Shown one piece after another: positions 10,110 to 19,367 of a DNA stretch of 64,000 bases. The notes beneath the pieces are model-generated. The model was not told the DNA's origin, did no database searches, and saw only the letters and a program-made list of their open reading frames with translations. This DNA is from Beijerinckiaceae bacterium (GTDB lineage: Bacteria > Pseudomonadota > Alphaproteobacteria > Rhizobiales > Beijerinckiaceae), in contig CANJJI010000002.1 of the NCBI GenBank assembly GCA_947474545.1, positions 3,623 to 67,622 of the forward strand, given 5' to 3'. Numbering within the stretch: the stretch's first letter is position 1; each line of letters opens with the position of its first letter. The position numbers and the translations under genes are program-made.

Positions 10110-11285
10110 TTAAATCACGGAAGCCGTGCGCAGCTTCTCGACCTCTGCTTCGCCATATCCCAATTCTGCCAAAACGCTCCCTGTATCCTGCCCCAAAGTA
10201 GGAGCAGCAATATAAGAACCATCATGACCGCCATCGATCCGCACAGGACGGCGGATGGTCAGCTGCTCGCCCATCGTGGGATGTTGCAGGGTACGGAAAA
10301 CTTCCAGATGTTTGACCTGCGGATCGTCTATGACTTCGGGAATATTGTGGATAGGCGCATAGGGCACATCCTGCGCTTCGAGCAGCGTCATCCAATCAGA
10401 ACGCGGTTTTTTCAGGAATACTTCCGCCAACACGCGCGTCAATTCGAGGAAGTTGTTGATCCGCAGGTCGCGTGTCTTGAACCGCTCATCGCCAGCCATA
10501 TCCGTTCGGCCGATTGCCGTCAGCATGCCTTCCCAAAATTTAGTTTGCGACGAGAGATGCACCGCCAGTAATTTGGAGTCGGCGCAACGAAAGGCAAAGG
10601 AATGGGAGCTGGCGACGCGGGTAATTGGATCGTTCTTGATCCCCATCAGCGTATGATTGGCAAACGGGTCAGGCATAAATGATATTGCTGCTTCCATCAT
10701 ATTGAGTTCAACACGCCGCCCCCGCCCCGTCTTTTCGCGTTCATAGAGTGCGCCAAGAATGCCGTAACATGCAAACATGCCCGTAGCATTGTCAGGAATC
10801 GTTGGCCCGCAGGTCTGCGGATGTTCGGGGTCCAGCAACAGACTTGATATACCGCTGAGTGCGAGGCCAACGCTGTCATAGGCAGGACGCGCGCTGTAAG
10901 GACCAGATGTTCCAAATCCTGTAATGGAGCAGTGAATGAGCCGCGAATTAAGAGCTTTCAGCGCATCATCGGTAAGTCCAAGCCTGTCCATCACGCCGGT
11001 CCGGAAATTCTCGATCAGAATATCGGCCCGCTCCAGAAGCTTATTCAGCGCCTCCAATCCCTCCGCTTTGCGCAGGTCCAGCGCCACACCGCGCTTGCCG
11101 CGATTATAGGCGGCAAAATGCGGGCTGTATTGTCCGCCGCGAAAACTGCGAAAGGGATCTCCCCCCTGAGGGTTTTCAATCTTGATGACCTCTGCGCCAA
11201 GATCAGCCAGCATCATGCCGGCGAGCGGGGCCGTGATCATCGTACTGAGTTCCACGACCCGCACGCCCTTGAGCACTTCGGTCAT
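10110..11285 (-). CDS. CaiB/BaiF family III CoA-transferase
   Basis: LKGVRVVEL, LADLGAEVIKIE, NRGKRGVALDL, ENFRTG, IPDNATG (catalytic Asp region). Confidence 0.92.
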   Translation of the reverse strand: MTEVLKGVRVVELSTMITAPLAGMMLADLGAEVIKIENPQGGDPFRSFRGGQYSPHFAAYNRGKRGVALDLRKAEGLEALNKLLERADILIENFRTGVMDRLGLTDDALKALNSRLIHCSITGFGTSGPYSARPAYDSVGLALSGISSLLLDPEHPQTCGPTIPDNATGMFACYGILGALYEREKTGRGRRVELNMMEAAISFMPDPFANHTLMGIKNDPITRVASSHSFAFRCADSKLLAVHLSSQTKFWEGMLTAIGRTDMAGDERFKTRDLRINNFLELTRVLAEVFLKKPRSDWMTLLEAQDVPYAPIHNIPEVIDDPQVKHLEVFRTLQHPTMGEQLTIRRPVRIDGGHDGSYIAAPTLGQDTGSVLAELGYGEAEVEKLRTASVI

Positions 11286-11297
11286 CGTACTAACCTG

Positions 11298-12062
11298 TCA
11301 ATTAATCGTCTGGCCGCCATCGACCAGAATCGACGCACCGTGAATAAAGCTGGCAGCATCTGACACAAGAAAGGCCGCTGCATTGCCAATTTCATCACAT
11401 TCGCCGAAGCGGCCAAGCATGACCTTTTGCAGTGTATGAGAAGCATCCGTACTCCCGGAATCGAAATAGCCTTTTACGCGCGGTGACAGTGTAGGCCCGG
11501 GACAGATCGAGTTCACACGCAAGCCCTTGATGCCGTAGTCAACAGCCAGCTGTCGCGTCAATGACACAACGGCGCCTTTGGCCGCGCAATAAACGGGCAT
11601 TTGAGGATTACCTATATGAGCGAAGGTCGATGCCACATTGAGAATAGACGGCTTATCCGACTTGAGCAGAAGTGGAATGAATTCACGGCACATGAAATAG
11701 ACGCTGTCGATATCCACAGCCATCAACTCACGCCATTTATCAGTCGTCAGCTCTGTGAGTGGCTTGATGAAATTATTGCCGGCATTGTTGACGATAGCCT
11801 TGGCGCGCCCCCATTTGCCCTCGACGAATTCCCTGAGCTTGATGACGTCGCTTTCTTTTGAAACATCCGCAGCGAAAGTCTCAGCCTTGCCTCCAGCTTG
11901 TTCTATCCCCGCCTTGACTTCATCCAGCGTATGCTGTCTGCGCGCCACAAGTACAACCGTCGCGCCAAGCTCGGCCACGGCTTCAGCGGTCGAGCGGCCT
12001 ATCCCCGTACCCGCACCTGTGACCACAACCACTTCGCCATTGAATTTCAATTGCTTGAGCAC
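11298..12062 (-). CDS. SDR family oxidoreductase
   Basis: TGAGTGIG, NNAG, YCAAKG; GTG start. Confidence 0.9.
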   Translation of the reverse strand: MLKQLKFNGEVVVVTGAGTGIGRSTAEAVAELGATVVLVARRQHTLDEVKAGIEQAGGKAETFAADVSKESDVIKLREFVEGKWGRAKAIVNNAGNNFIKPLTELTTDKWRELMAVDIDSVYFMCREFIPLLLKSDKPSILNVASTFAHIGNPQMPVYCAAKGAVVSLTRQLAVDYGIKGLRVNSICPGPTLSPRVKGYFDSGSTDASHTLQKVMLGRFGECDEIGNAAAFLVSDAASFIHGASILVDGGQTIN

Positions 12063-12145
12063 GACGTATCTCCCCGAATTTAAACCCGCCCTGGCACCGT
12101 AATGTTGCTGGAAAACAGCCTTCCCAGCAGTGCGGCACAGAAATC

Positions 12146-13333
12146 TTATTCCGCTGCTTTGGTTTGCATGCCAGCATATTGTTTGTCTGTCAGTCCCTGC
12201 AGCGCCGGCAGAACCTCACTGGCGAACAGACGGATATTCCGTTCCGTCAGATCGCGCGGGAGCGTACCAAATTGCATGAGGCACAACAGATTCTGGAACC
12301 CTAGCATACGATGGGTTTCCGTGAACTGCCTGCGCACCGTATCCGGGCTGCCACAAACAATAATCCCCGCCTCGATCAGTGAATCCACCGTGTGCTCCTG
12401 GCCGCTCACTGAACGCTTGTGGCTGCGCATATTGGCAAGCGACTTCGGCGAGAGATAGCCCGGCGGAAACAGCATTTCAAATGGAAGCCGCAAAAGCCGG
12501 TTAAACAAAACTTCGATATGCGGCTTGGCTTCGTCGCGCGCCTTCTGATCGGTATCCGAGATATAAACAGGCGTCGACCATCCAATCTGGTCGGAACTGG
12601 CCGTGTAACCATACATGCGTTCAGCGCATTCGCGATAATAGTTCAGGAACCGCATCACAGATTGCGTTGGGCTGTAGGCCTGCAGATAGGTATACTTGCG
12701 CGAGGGATGCGCCGCCCATTCGATGGTTTCTGTCGAGCCCGTTGAGGGCGCCCAGATCGGCGGATGCGGCTGTTGATAGGGGCGTGGCCACGTGTTGACA
12801 TATTCAAAATGATAGAACTTGCCTTCGAACGAAAATGGCCCAGGCCTTGTCCATGCCTGCACAACAAGATCATGCGCTTCCTGAAACCGCGCATGTGAGA
12901 ACGCAGGATTGTTGCCGGTGGAAAAATATTCGGCCCCAATGCCTCGCACCATTCCGGAAATCAGTCGACCGCCGGTGATATTGTCGATCATCGAATGTTC
13001 TTCCGCCAGATTGAGCGGGTGCTCGCGCAGGCCGAATGCATTGCCGAGAATAGCGAGCTTAGCGGTCTTTGTCCTGCGCGCAAGCGCCGCTGCGGTGACA
13101 ACCGGAGAAGGCATCAGGCCATAAGCATTCTGATGATGCTCGTTGACGGAAATACCATCAAAGCCAAGTTCCGCTGCTAGCTCCAGTTCATCCAGGTAGC
13201 GATTGTAAAGTTCATGCCCGACCTTCGGATCATAATAGGTATTAGGCAGAACTACCCAGGCGGCCCGATGCTTCTCCATGAAGTTCATGTCCAGATTGGC
13301 ATAGGGCATGAGATGGAACGTGAAGACTTTCAT
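12146..13333 (-). CDS. LLM flavin-dependent monooxygenase
   Basis: VNEHHQNAYG, PSPVVTAAAL, GGRLISGMVRG, PYQQPHPPIW, CGSPDTV. Confidence 0.88.
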   Translation of the reverse strand: MKVFTFHLMPYANLDMNFMEKHRAAWVVLPNTYYDPKVGHELYNRYLDELELAAELGFDGISVNEHHQNAYGLMPSPVVTAAALARRTKTAKLAILGNAFGLREHPLNLAEEHSMIDNITGGRLISGMVRGIGAEYFSTGNNPAFSHARFQEAHDLVVQAWTRPGPFSFEGKFYHFEYVNTWPRPYQQPHPPIWAPSTGSTETIEWAAHPSRKYTYLQAYSPTQSVMRFLNYYRECAERMYGYTASSDQIGWSTPVYISDTDQKARDEAKPHIEVLFNRLLRLPFEMLFPPGYLSPKSLANMRSHKRSVSGQEHTVDSLIEAGIIVCGSPDTVRRQFTETHRMLGFQNLLCLMQFGTLPRDLTERNIRLFASEVLPALQGLTDKQYAGMQTKAAE

Positions 13334-14109
13334 GAGCCTGTCCTCCGGATGAATTGCGAGATTTCCTGGGCGAATTTCTGAGGTTGTTCAATGTGCGCAA
13401 GATGAGCGCAATTAGCGATCGTCGCATGGGACGCGCCCGGAATCAGTTTCTTCAAGGCTTCCCCGTAGGCCGGAGGCAGAACACGATTTTCCTCACCCCA
13501 GACGATATGAACAGGTGCGTTGACTCGATGCAGCCAGCGATCGAGCTTCGGGTTACACAGCCGCGGCGACCACGAATACTTTGCAGCCGCGGCGCGATTA
13601 CGCTCATAGATGTCTTCAAGCTCACCCTCGCCACGAATACTTTTCATCCATTCAACGCCGCCGTTCCCCGCGAATAGCATTCTGATCATGTCTTCTTCCG
13701 AGCAGACGAAAAGATCGCCACGCGGAACGTCCTTCACCCGAATACCGGCGCTGTTGACCAGAGAGAGCGACTTGAACCTTTGACCCCAGTAAATCGCCAT
13801 TTCCAATGCGAGCCATCCGCCGATACATTGACCCACCACATGCACCCGCTCGAGCTTCAGCGCGTCCATGAGATCAAGATAGAACAGCGAGAGGTCATTG
13901 ATATCATCGACGCCATCGACGTTTTCGGAACGGCCGAAGCCAGGATGATCGGGCGCAATCACCTCGAAACTCTTCGCAAGTTCGTCAAGGCCTGGCTCGT
14001 GACCATTGCGCCCCTGCAATCCATGCAGAAACAGGACCGGTTCGCCCTTCCCCGCCCGCCAGATGTTGACCTTACTGCCGCGCAGGTCGATCACCGCGTT
14101 CTCAGCCAA
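13330..14109 (-). CDS. Alpha/beta-fold hydrolase with Cys at the nucleophile elbow
   Basis: LFLHG, PDHPGFG, GQCIGG in place of GxSxG, C-terminal AHLAH; ATGA overlap with the LLM gene. Confidence 0.85.
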   Translation of the reverse strand: MAENAVIDLRGSKVNIWRAGKGEPVLFLHGLQGRNGHEPGLDELAKSFEVIAPDHPGFGRSENVDGVDDINDLSLFYLDLMDALKLERVHVVGQCIGGWLALEMAIYWGQRFKSLSLVNSAGIRVKDVPRGDLFVCSEEDMIRMLFAGNGGVEWMKSIRGEGELEDIYERNRAAAAKYSWSPRLCNPKLDRWLHRVNAPVHIVWGEENRVLPPAYGEALKKLIPGASHATIANCAHLAHIEQPQKFAQEISQFIRRTGS

Positions 14110-14267
14110 TGTGTCTCTCCCTTAATCCCGGCGCACATATTTTCGCTTGGCGTCCGGACAACTTTTTCTTAGGTTCCTATCATTTTCTCATACTGTCAAT
14201 CATGACCGATTGCGCAAATGCGAAGCGGCAGCGCCTGCCGCTTCGCCCTTGTTTCACGCGAAACGGC

Positions 14268-15089
14268 TCAGCTGCCCGCTTTTTCGTGGCCCCCGAGTCC
14301 AGGACGATATTTTCCCTGCAGAAAGTCACCAATACCTTCGCTGCGCCATGAGCCTTTTTGCCTCAAGGTCAGTTGATCCGACTTTGCGGCGGAATAATTC
14401 ATCGCCGCCTCCGAACTCATTTCCAGCGAGAACTTGTAGCCGTCTTTGCACGCAGCCAGAGCATCCGGGTCCTTGCTGGCAATGTCGCTCGCCAGTTCCA
14501 TCACTTCACGTTTCAGATCAGCCAGCGGATAGGCTTCATTGATGAAACCGATTTCCTTGGCCCGATCACCTTTGAAGGGACGGCCCGTCATTGCATAAAA
14601 CAGAGCGTCTCGCGGACGAAGCAGATTAGCCATTGATTTGCTCACGCTGCCACCGGGATAATGTTTGAAATTGATTTCAGATAGGCCAAAGGTTGCTTCT
14701 TTTGCGGCAAAGGCCAGGTCGCAGCCTTCGACAATGGAGAACGCACCGCCAAAACAATAACCATTCACCATGGCGATCGTCGGCTTCGGATAATAGCGCA
14801 ACGTGCGATAACGCCATTCAGTGGCGATGCGAAATATGCGGTCGAATTCCGGCGGATTGTCCTCCAGTTCCATGAAAAATTGTTTCAGGTCCATCCCGGC
14901 GCAGAAAGATTCACCCGCCCCGGTGATCACCACCACGCGGGACGTTGGTTCGTAACGCAATTTTTCGAGCACCTCCGCCATCTCGATATGCAGCGTCGGA
15001 CTCATCGCGTTGCGTTTGTGCGGCCGGTTGAGCGTGACAGTTGCGATAGCATTTTCAATGCTGACGGTAACAGTGTTGGATTCGGCCAT
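14268..15089 (-). CDS. ech: p-hydroxycinnamoyl-CoA hydratase/lyase (HCHL/Ech)-like crotonase
   Basis: RNAMSPTL, AGMDLK, KPTIAMVNG.CFGG, FGLSEIN, AKSDQ, KYRPGL follow the HCHL subfamily pattern. Confidence 0.8.
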   Translation of the reverse strand: MAESNTVTVSIENAIATVTLNRPHKRNAMSPTLHIEMAEVLEKLRYEPTSRVVVITGAGESFCAGMDLKQFFMELEDNPPEFDRIFRIATEWRYRTLRYYPKPTIAMVNGYCFGGAFSIVEGCDLAFAAKEATFGLSEINFKHYPGGSVSKSMANLLRPRDALFYAMTGRPFKGDRAKEIGFINEAYPLADLKREVMELASDIASKDPDALAACKDGYKFSLEMSSEAAMNYSAAKSDQLTLRQKGSWRSEGIGDFLQGKYRPGLGGHEKAGS

Positions 15090-15146
15090 GGTTCTGTCTC
15101 ACTTTACTTGCTTGAGGTTGCGATTGAAGAATTCGTATGCCGTATT

Positions 15147-15968
15147 TCAGCCCCAGCCTGCCGGACTCCCGATGGCATCCGCTGGCGTTGATTGAAGCTT
15201 TTCGGCGCTCCATTCCGAAGCGATAATCCGGCGGCCCGTCACACCGTTCGAACGGCCGGACATAAGCCATGCGATAGGCGCCATCATCGCTTCCGGCTGC
15301 ACCAGCGTCGAACGATCGACAGCTTCCGTAAAAGGGATCATGCGCGTATTGGCTGCGCCGCCCGGTAACAGCGCGTTGACGGTCACTCCGGTATGAGCGA
15401 GATCCTTGGACCAGATAACTGTTGCGGACTCCAGCGCCGCCTTTGAAGGGCCATAGGGCGAGAAGCCATCCATCATCATCGTGTAATAGCTGGTGACGAT
15501 ATTGACTATCCTGCCCCACCCCTGTTTCTCCAACACCGGCGCAATCGCTTTGGCCATCAGGAAAGGACCGTTGATATTAACGTCGATGGATTGCTTCCAC
15601 GTCGAAGCATCCACTTCATAAAAGCGTTTACGCTGTCCGACGAGGACATTGCCTATGTTTTGCATGCCCAGACCGGCATTGTTTACCAGCCCATGCACGG
15701 CGCCAAAGTGTGCGATCGTCTTGTTCACAGCATTGCTGCATTGTTCAGGATTTGTAACATCACAATCCAGCGTCAACAGATTGGCGCTCAGATTTTCTTT
15801 CGAAGCAATCTCTTTCAGCTCCGCTATTTCCGCGGCGCTGACGGGCAGGTCTGCAACAGCCACCCGAACGCCGTGACGTAAAAGCGACAAGGTCATGGCC
15901 CGTCCAAGTCCACGCGCGCCGCCTGTGACGATGACAGCAATATTTTCTGGATCTTTAGCCGTACTCAT
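15147..15968 (-). CDS. SDR family oxidoreductase
   Basis: TGGARGLG, NNAG, YGPSKAA; start moved to MSTAK. Confidence 0.88.
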   Translation of the reverse strand: MSTAKDPENIAVIVTGGARGLGRAMTLSLLRHGVRVAVADLPVSAAEIAELKEIASKENLSANLLTLDCDVTNPEQCSNAVNKTIAHFGAVHGLVNNAGLGMQNIGNVLVGQRKRFYEVDASTWKQSIDVNINGPFLMAKAIAPVLEKQGWGRIVNIVTSYYTMMMDGFSPYGPSKAALESATVIWSKDLAHTGVTVNALLPGGAANTRMIPFTEAVDRSTLVQPEAMMAPIAWLMSGRSNGVTGRRIIASEWSAEKLQSTPADAIGSPAGWG

Positions 15969-16001
15969 TGCCCGCAACTCCCTGCTTTGTTGATGACCAA
16001 C

Positions 16002-16691
16002 CTACACGCCGAGAAACTTTGCTTTGGTTGCACTGTCCGCTGCCAGTTCTGCGGGTGTGCAGGAATGAACGATTGAACCCTTGTTCATTATGAACACGAC
16101 ATCGGCATATCGCAGAGCGAAATTGAGCTGCTGCTCAATCAGCAAAATTGACGTTCCAGCCTGTTTCAACGACTCTATGGTTCGCCCGAGCTCCCTGACA
16201 ATCATCGGCGCAAGGCCTTCCGTGGGTTCGTCCATGAGCAGCAGGCCCGGATTACCCACGAGCGCTCGTCCTGCGGCAAGCATCTGCTGTTCACCGCCGC
16301 TGAGTTTGCCCGCAAGACTGCGGATACGGCTGCGCAGATTGGGAAACAATTGCAGCACCTTGTCGAAGCTCCATTGTCCCTCACCGCGTGCCGTTACCTG
16401 CAGATTTTCACGGATCGTCAGTGATTTGAAGACCTGCCGTCCTTGCGGAACATAGCCGATGCCCGCCCGCGCGATCATATGGGCAGGCATACGGGTAATA
16501 TCCTGATCCCTGAAGACGATACGGCCGCTTCTGGCTGGTGTCAGTCCCATGATGGAGCGCGCGAGCGTAGACTTGCCGACCCCGTTGCGGCCAAGCAAGG
16601 CAACCACCTGCCCAGGCTTCACCTCAAGCGAAACGCCCTGCAATATATAGCTTTCGCCATAATAGGTGTGAACGTCCTGGATGTTCAGCAT
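16002..16691 (-). CDS. LIV-type ABC ATP-binding protein (LivF-like)
   Basis: GRNGVGKS, LSGGEQQM, MDEPTEGLAP; start moved to MLNIQ. Confidence 0.92.
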   Translation of the reverse strand: MLNIQDVHTYYGESYILQGVSLEVKPGQVVALLGRNGVGKSTLARSIMGLTPARSGRIVFRDQDITRMPAHMIARAGIGYVPQGRQVFKSLTIRENLQVTARGEGQWSFDKVLQLFPNLRSRIRSLAGKLSGGEQQMLAAGRALVGNPGLLLMDEPTEGLAPMIVRELGRTIESLKQAGTSILLIEQQLNFALRYADVVFIMNKGSIVHSCTPAELAADSATKAKFLGV

Positions 16692-16695
16692 GGCG

Positions 16696-17436
16696 CTAAT
16701 CCGCTCCAAGGTAGATTTCGGTGACTTTTGGATGATGGCGGATTTCTTCCGTAGTGCCTTCCGCGATGACACCGCCCTGATGCATGACTGTGATCTTGTC
16801 CGCCAGATCGAATGCTACATCCATATCGTGCTCGATCATGAGAATTGTCATGTCTTGGGGAAGGCTGTGCACCATGCCAACCACACGCACGACTTCGGCA
16901 GCTGACAGTCCCGCTGTCGGCTCATCAAGCAGCAAGACTTTCGGCTTGCCGGCCATAGCCAGGATCAGATCCACCTGCCGCTGTTGTCCATATGAAATCT
17001 CCCTCGCGGCGTGGTCGGCGATTTCGCTCAAGCCCCATTCATCTAGCAATGTGCCAGCACGGGCGAACAAATCCCGGTCAGCTCGGATGCGAGAAAACAT
17101 CGAGAATGCGCTTTTGCTCTGTGCCTGTAACGCAAGCACTATATTTTCCATAACGCTCAAACGCGGAAACAGGTTCGTAATCTGGAAGGTCCGCGCAAGG
17201 CCCAGACGTGCGCGCGCGTTGGCGCTAAGATTGGTGATGTCCTGCCCAAACAATGTAACGCGGCCACTTGAAACCGGAAACGCGCCTGACAACATATTGA
17301 ACATCGTCGTCTTACCGGCGCCATTCGGGCCGATGATGAGATGGCGCTCTCCTGGCTCCACCGTAAATGAAACATTCGACAGTGCTTGCACACCGCCAAA
17401 ATTCTTCGACACGGCTTCTGCAACTAGGGCGCTCAT
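16696..17436 (-). CDS. LIV-type ABC ATP-binding protein (LivG-like)
   Basis: FGGVQAL, GPNGAGKT, ISYGQQR, LLDEPTAG; start moved to MSALV (ATGA overlap with livM). Confidence 0.92.
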   Translation of the reverse strand: MSALVAEAVSKNFGGVQALSNVSFTVEPGERHLIIGPNGAGKTTMFNMLSGAFPVSSGRVTLFGQDITNLSANARARLGLARTFQITNLFPRLSVMENIVLALQAQSKSAFSMFSRIRADRDLFARAGTLLDEWGLSEIADHAAREISYGQQRQVDLILAMAGKPKVLLLDEPTAGLSAAEVVRVVGMVHSLPQDMTILMIEHDMDVAFDLADKITVMHQGGVIAEGTTEEIRHHPKVTEIYLGAD

Positions 17437-18392
17437 GAACTTGCCCTCTTGTCGCGATAGTCCCGGATCAATCCCGCAATCCCGTTGGGCGCAAAGAGCG
17501 CAACAATCAGATAGATGAACCCCATCAGCATGACCCATCGTTCCGTATAGGCGCTGATGAGGTTTTCAAAGAGAACGATAATGGCCGCTCCGAAGGCCGG
17601 TCCAATCAGGGTGCCTGCGCCGCCGAGAATGACCATTAGCAGCACTTCAGCCGAGCGGGCCACGTGGATATAATCGGGGCTGACGAAGCGATTGTAGTAG
17701 ACATACAGCACGCCAGCGAGCCCGGCGAACAAAGCGGCCATTACAAAAATCGAAAATTTGTAGAGCCAAACATTATATCCAAGCGCCAGCATCCGCGTTT
17801 CGCTTTCGCGTATGCCGCGCAGCGCATAGCCGAAAGGCGATGCGACGATGCGCACCATCAAGACGGCCGCAATCGCAGCAATAAGCAGAACGAAATAATA
17901 AAAATTGACGCCATCGGCCATGGATAAGCCGATACCCAAATCTGGCCGCGGCACGTTGGGAAGTCCGTCGTCTCCGCCCGTGAGCGAACGCCAGCCAAAA
18001 GCTATCCCCCACATCAATTGTGACAACGCCAGTGTAATCATCAGGAAGTAACTGCCGCGCGTACGAAGAGCGAGTAGACCAAAAAGCACGGCGGCAAGCC
18101 CGCTCATGATCAGACCCGCAGGCAGGGCGAGCCAAACATTCCAGCCCAGTTTCAACGCAAGGAGGCCCGTTGCGTAAGCTGACAAGCCGAAATAGGCCGC
18201 ATGGCCGAGCGAAGCCATACCGGTAAAACCGATCAGGAGATCAAGGCTCATTGCAAAGAGCGCGAAGATCATCATTTTGACTGCTAAACCCAAATAATAA
18301 GGTGCCAGAATTTTCGGCAGAACCAGCAGCAAGATCACTCCGGCGATCAACGCCATGAATATCCAGCGCGAATATGAGCTTCCAGTTATCAT
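17433..18392 (-). CDS. LIV-type ABC permease (LivM-like)
   Basis: SLGHAAYFG, YFLMITLA, GGDDGL, IRESETRM, VILGGAGT; start moved to MITGSS. Confidence 0.9.
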   Translation of the reverse strand: MITGSSYSRWIFMALIAGVILLLVLPKILAPYYLGLAVKMMIFALFAMSLDLLIGFTGMASLGHAAYFGLSAYATGLLALKLGWNVWLALPAGLIMSGLAAVLFGLLALRTRGSYFLMITLALSQLMWGIAFGWRSLTGGDDGLPNVPRPDLGIGLSMADGVNFYYFVLLIAAIAAVLMVRIVASPFGYALRGIRESETRMLALGYNVWLYKFSIFVMAALFAGLAGVLYVYYNRFVSPDYIHVARSAEVLLMVILGGAGTLIGPAFGAAIIVLFENLISAYTERWVMLMGFIYLIVALFAPNGIAGLIRDYRDKRASS

Positions 18393-18399
18393 CGCCGCC

Positions 18400-19260
18400 T
18401 CACTCCCGTCCGAACAGGCCGGTTGGCCGCACAGCAAGGATCAACGCCATTGGCGCGAAGATTGTAAACAGCGCAAACTCCGGGAAAAACACTTTGCCGA
18501 AATTGTCGAGCAGACCAACGATCAGCCCCCCGATCAATGCGCCCTTGAGACTCCCCAGCCCGCCGATAATGACGACCACAAACCCCAGCAACAACACTTC
18601 GAAATCAGCGCCCGGAAAAACGCCCATAATGGGACCGCCCATCACGCCGCCTAGCGCAGCCAGGAATGCGCCCAGCGCAAAAACAAGCGTGAACAGCAGC
18701 GAAACATTGATTCCAAGAGAACGCGCAATTTCTTCGTTGTCGACACCTGCGCGAATCATCGCCCCAATCCGTGTCCCATCCTGTATCCACCACAGCAGTA
18801 GAGCAACTACGAGACCGAAGCCGATGATAAACAGCCGGTAGGACGGATAGATGAAGCCTGCAATCTGCACTGATTGGCTGAACATCTCAGGTTTCGGCAC
18901 TGTCTCGGGATTCGAGCCCCAGATCAGCATCGCAAGATCGGAAAAGATGAAAAGAAAGCCAAACGTCAGCAGCGTCTGAGGCATTTCCTGCAAATGCAAA
19001 CGGCGCAACAGGAACCGCTCCATCAAAACGCCGATCACAACAATCGCAAGCGTCGCCACGAAAACCGCCAGCACGAAACTGCCGGTCTTCTGCACCACGA
19101 CAAGCCCAGCATAGCCTCCCAATAGATAGAACGAGCCATGCGCCAGATTCAATATCTTCATCAGGCCATAGATCAGCGAAAGTCCAGACGCCAGCAGGAA
19201 AAGTAGCATTCCAAAAGAAATGCCATTCAAGGTTTGAAGCACCCAGAAATTCATTCGCAT
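18400..19260 (-). CDS. LIV-type ABC permease (LivH-like)
   Basis: NGISFGMLLFLLASGLSLIYG, NLAHGSFY, IRAGVDN, RPTGLFG. Confidence 0.9.
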   Translation of the reverse strand: MRMNFWVLQTLNGISFGMLLFLLASGLSLIYGLMKILNLAHGSFYLLGGYAGLVVVQKTGSFVLAVFVATLAIVVIGVLMERFLLRRLHLQEMPQTLLTFGFLFIFSDLAMLIWGSNPETVPKPEMFSQSVQIAGFIYPSYRLFIIGFGLVVALLLWWIQDGTRIGAMIRAGVDNEEIARSLGINVSLLFTLVFALGAFLAALGGVMGGPIMGVFPGADFEVLLLGFVVVIIGGLGSLKGALIGGLIVGLLDNFGKVFFPEFALFTIFAPMALILAVRPTGLFGRE

Positions 19261-19298
19261 GCACCTTGTACGAATTCACTTGATCAGCGGATCAGACC

Positions 19299-19319
19299 CC
19301 ATGCACGCGCATTGCATGG
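19299..19319. terminator. Hairpin between SBP and permease genes
   Basis: ccatgca/tgcatgg 7-bp stem, 7-nt loop. Confidence 0.35.
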
Positions 19320-19367
19320 ACAGTTGACCGAAAAAATTCAGCTTCACGCTTCCGGGGCGTGATGCGA

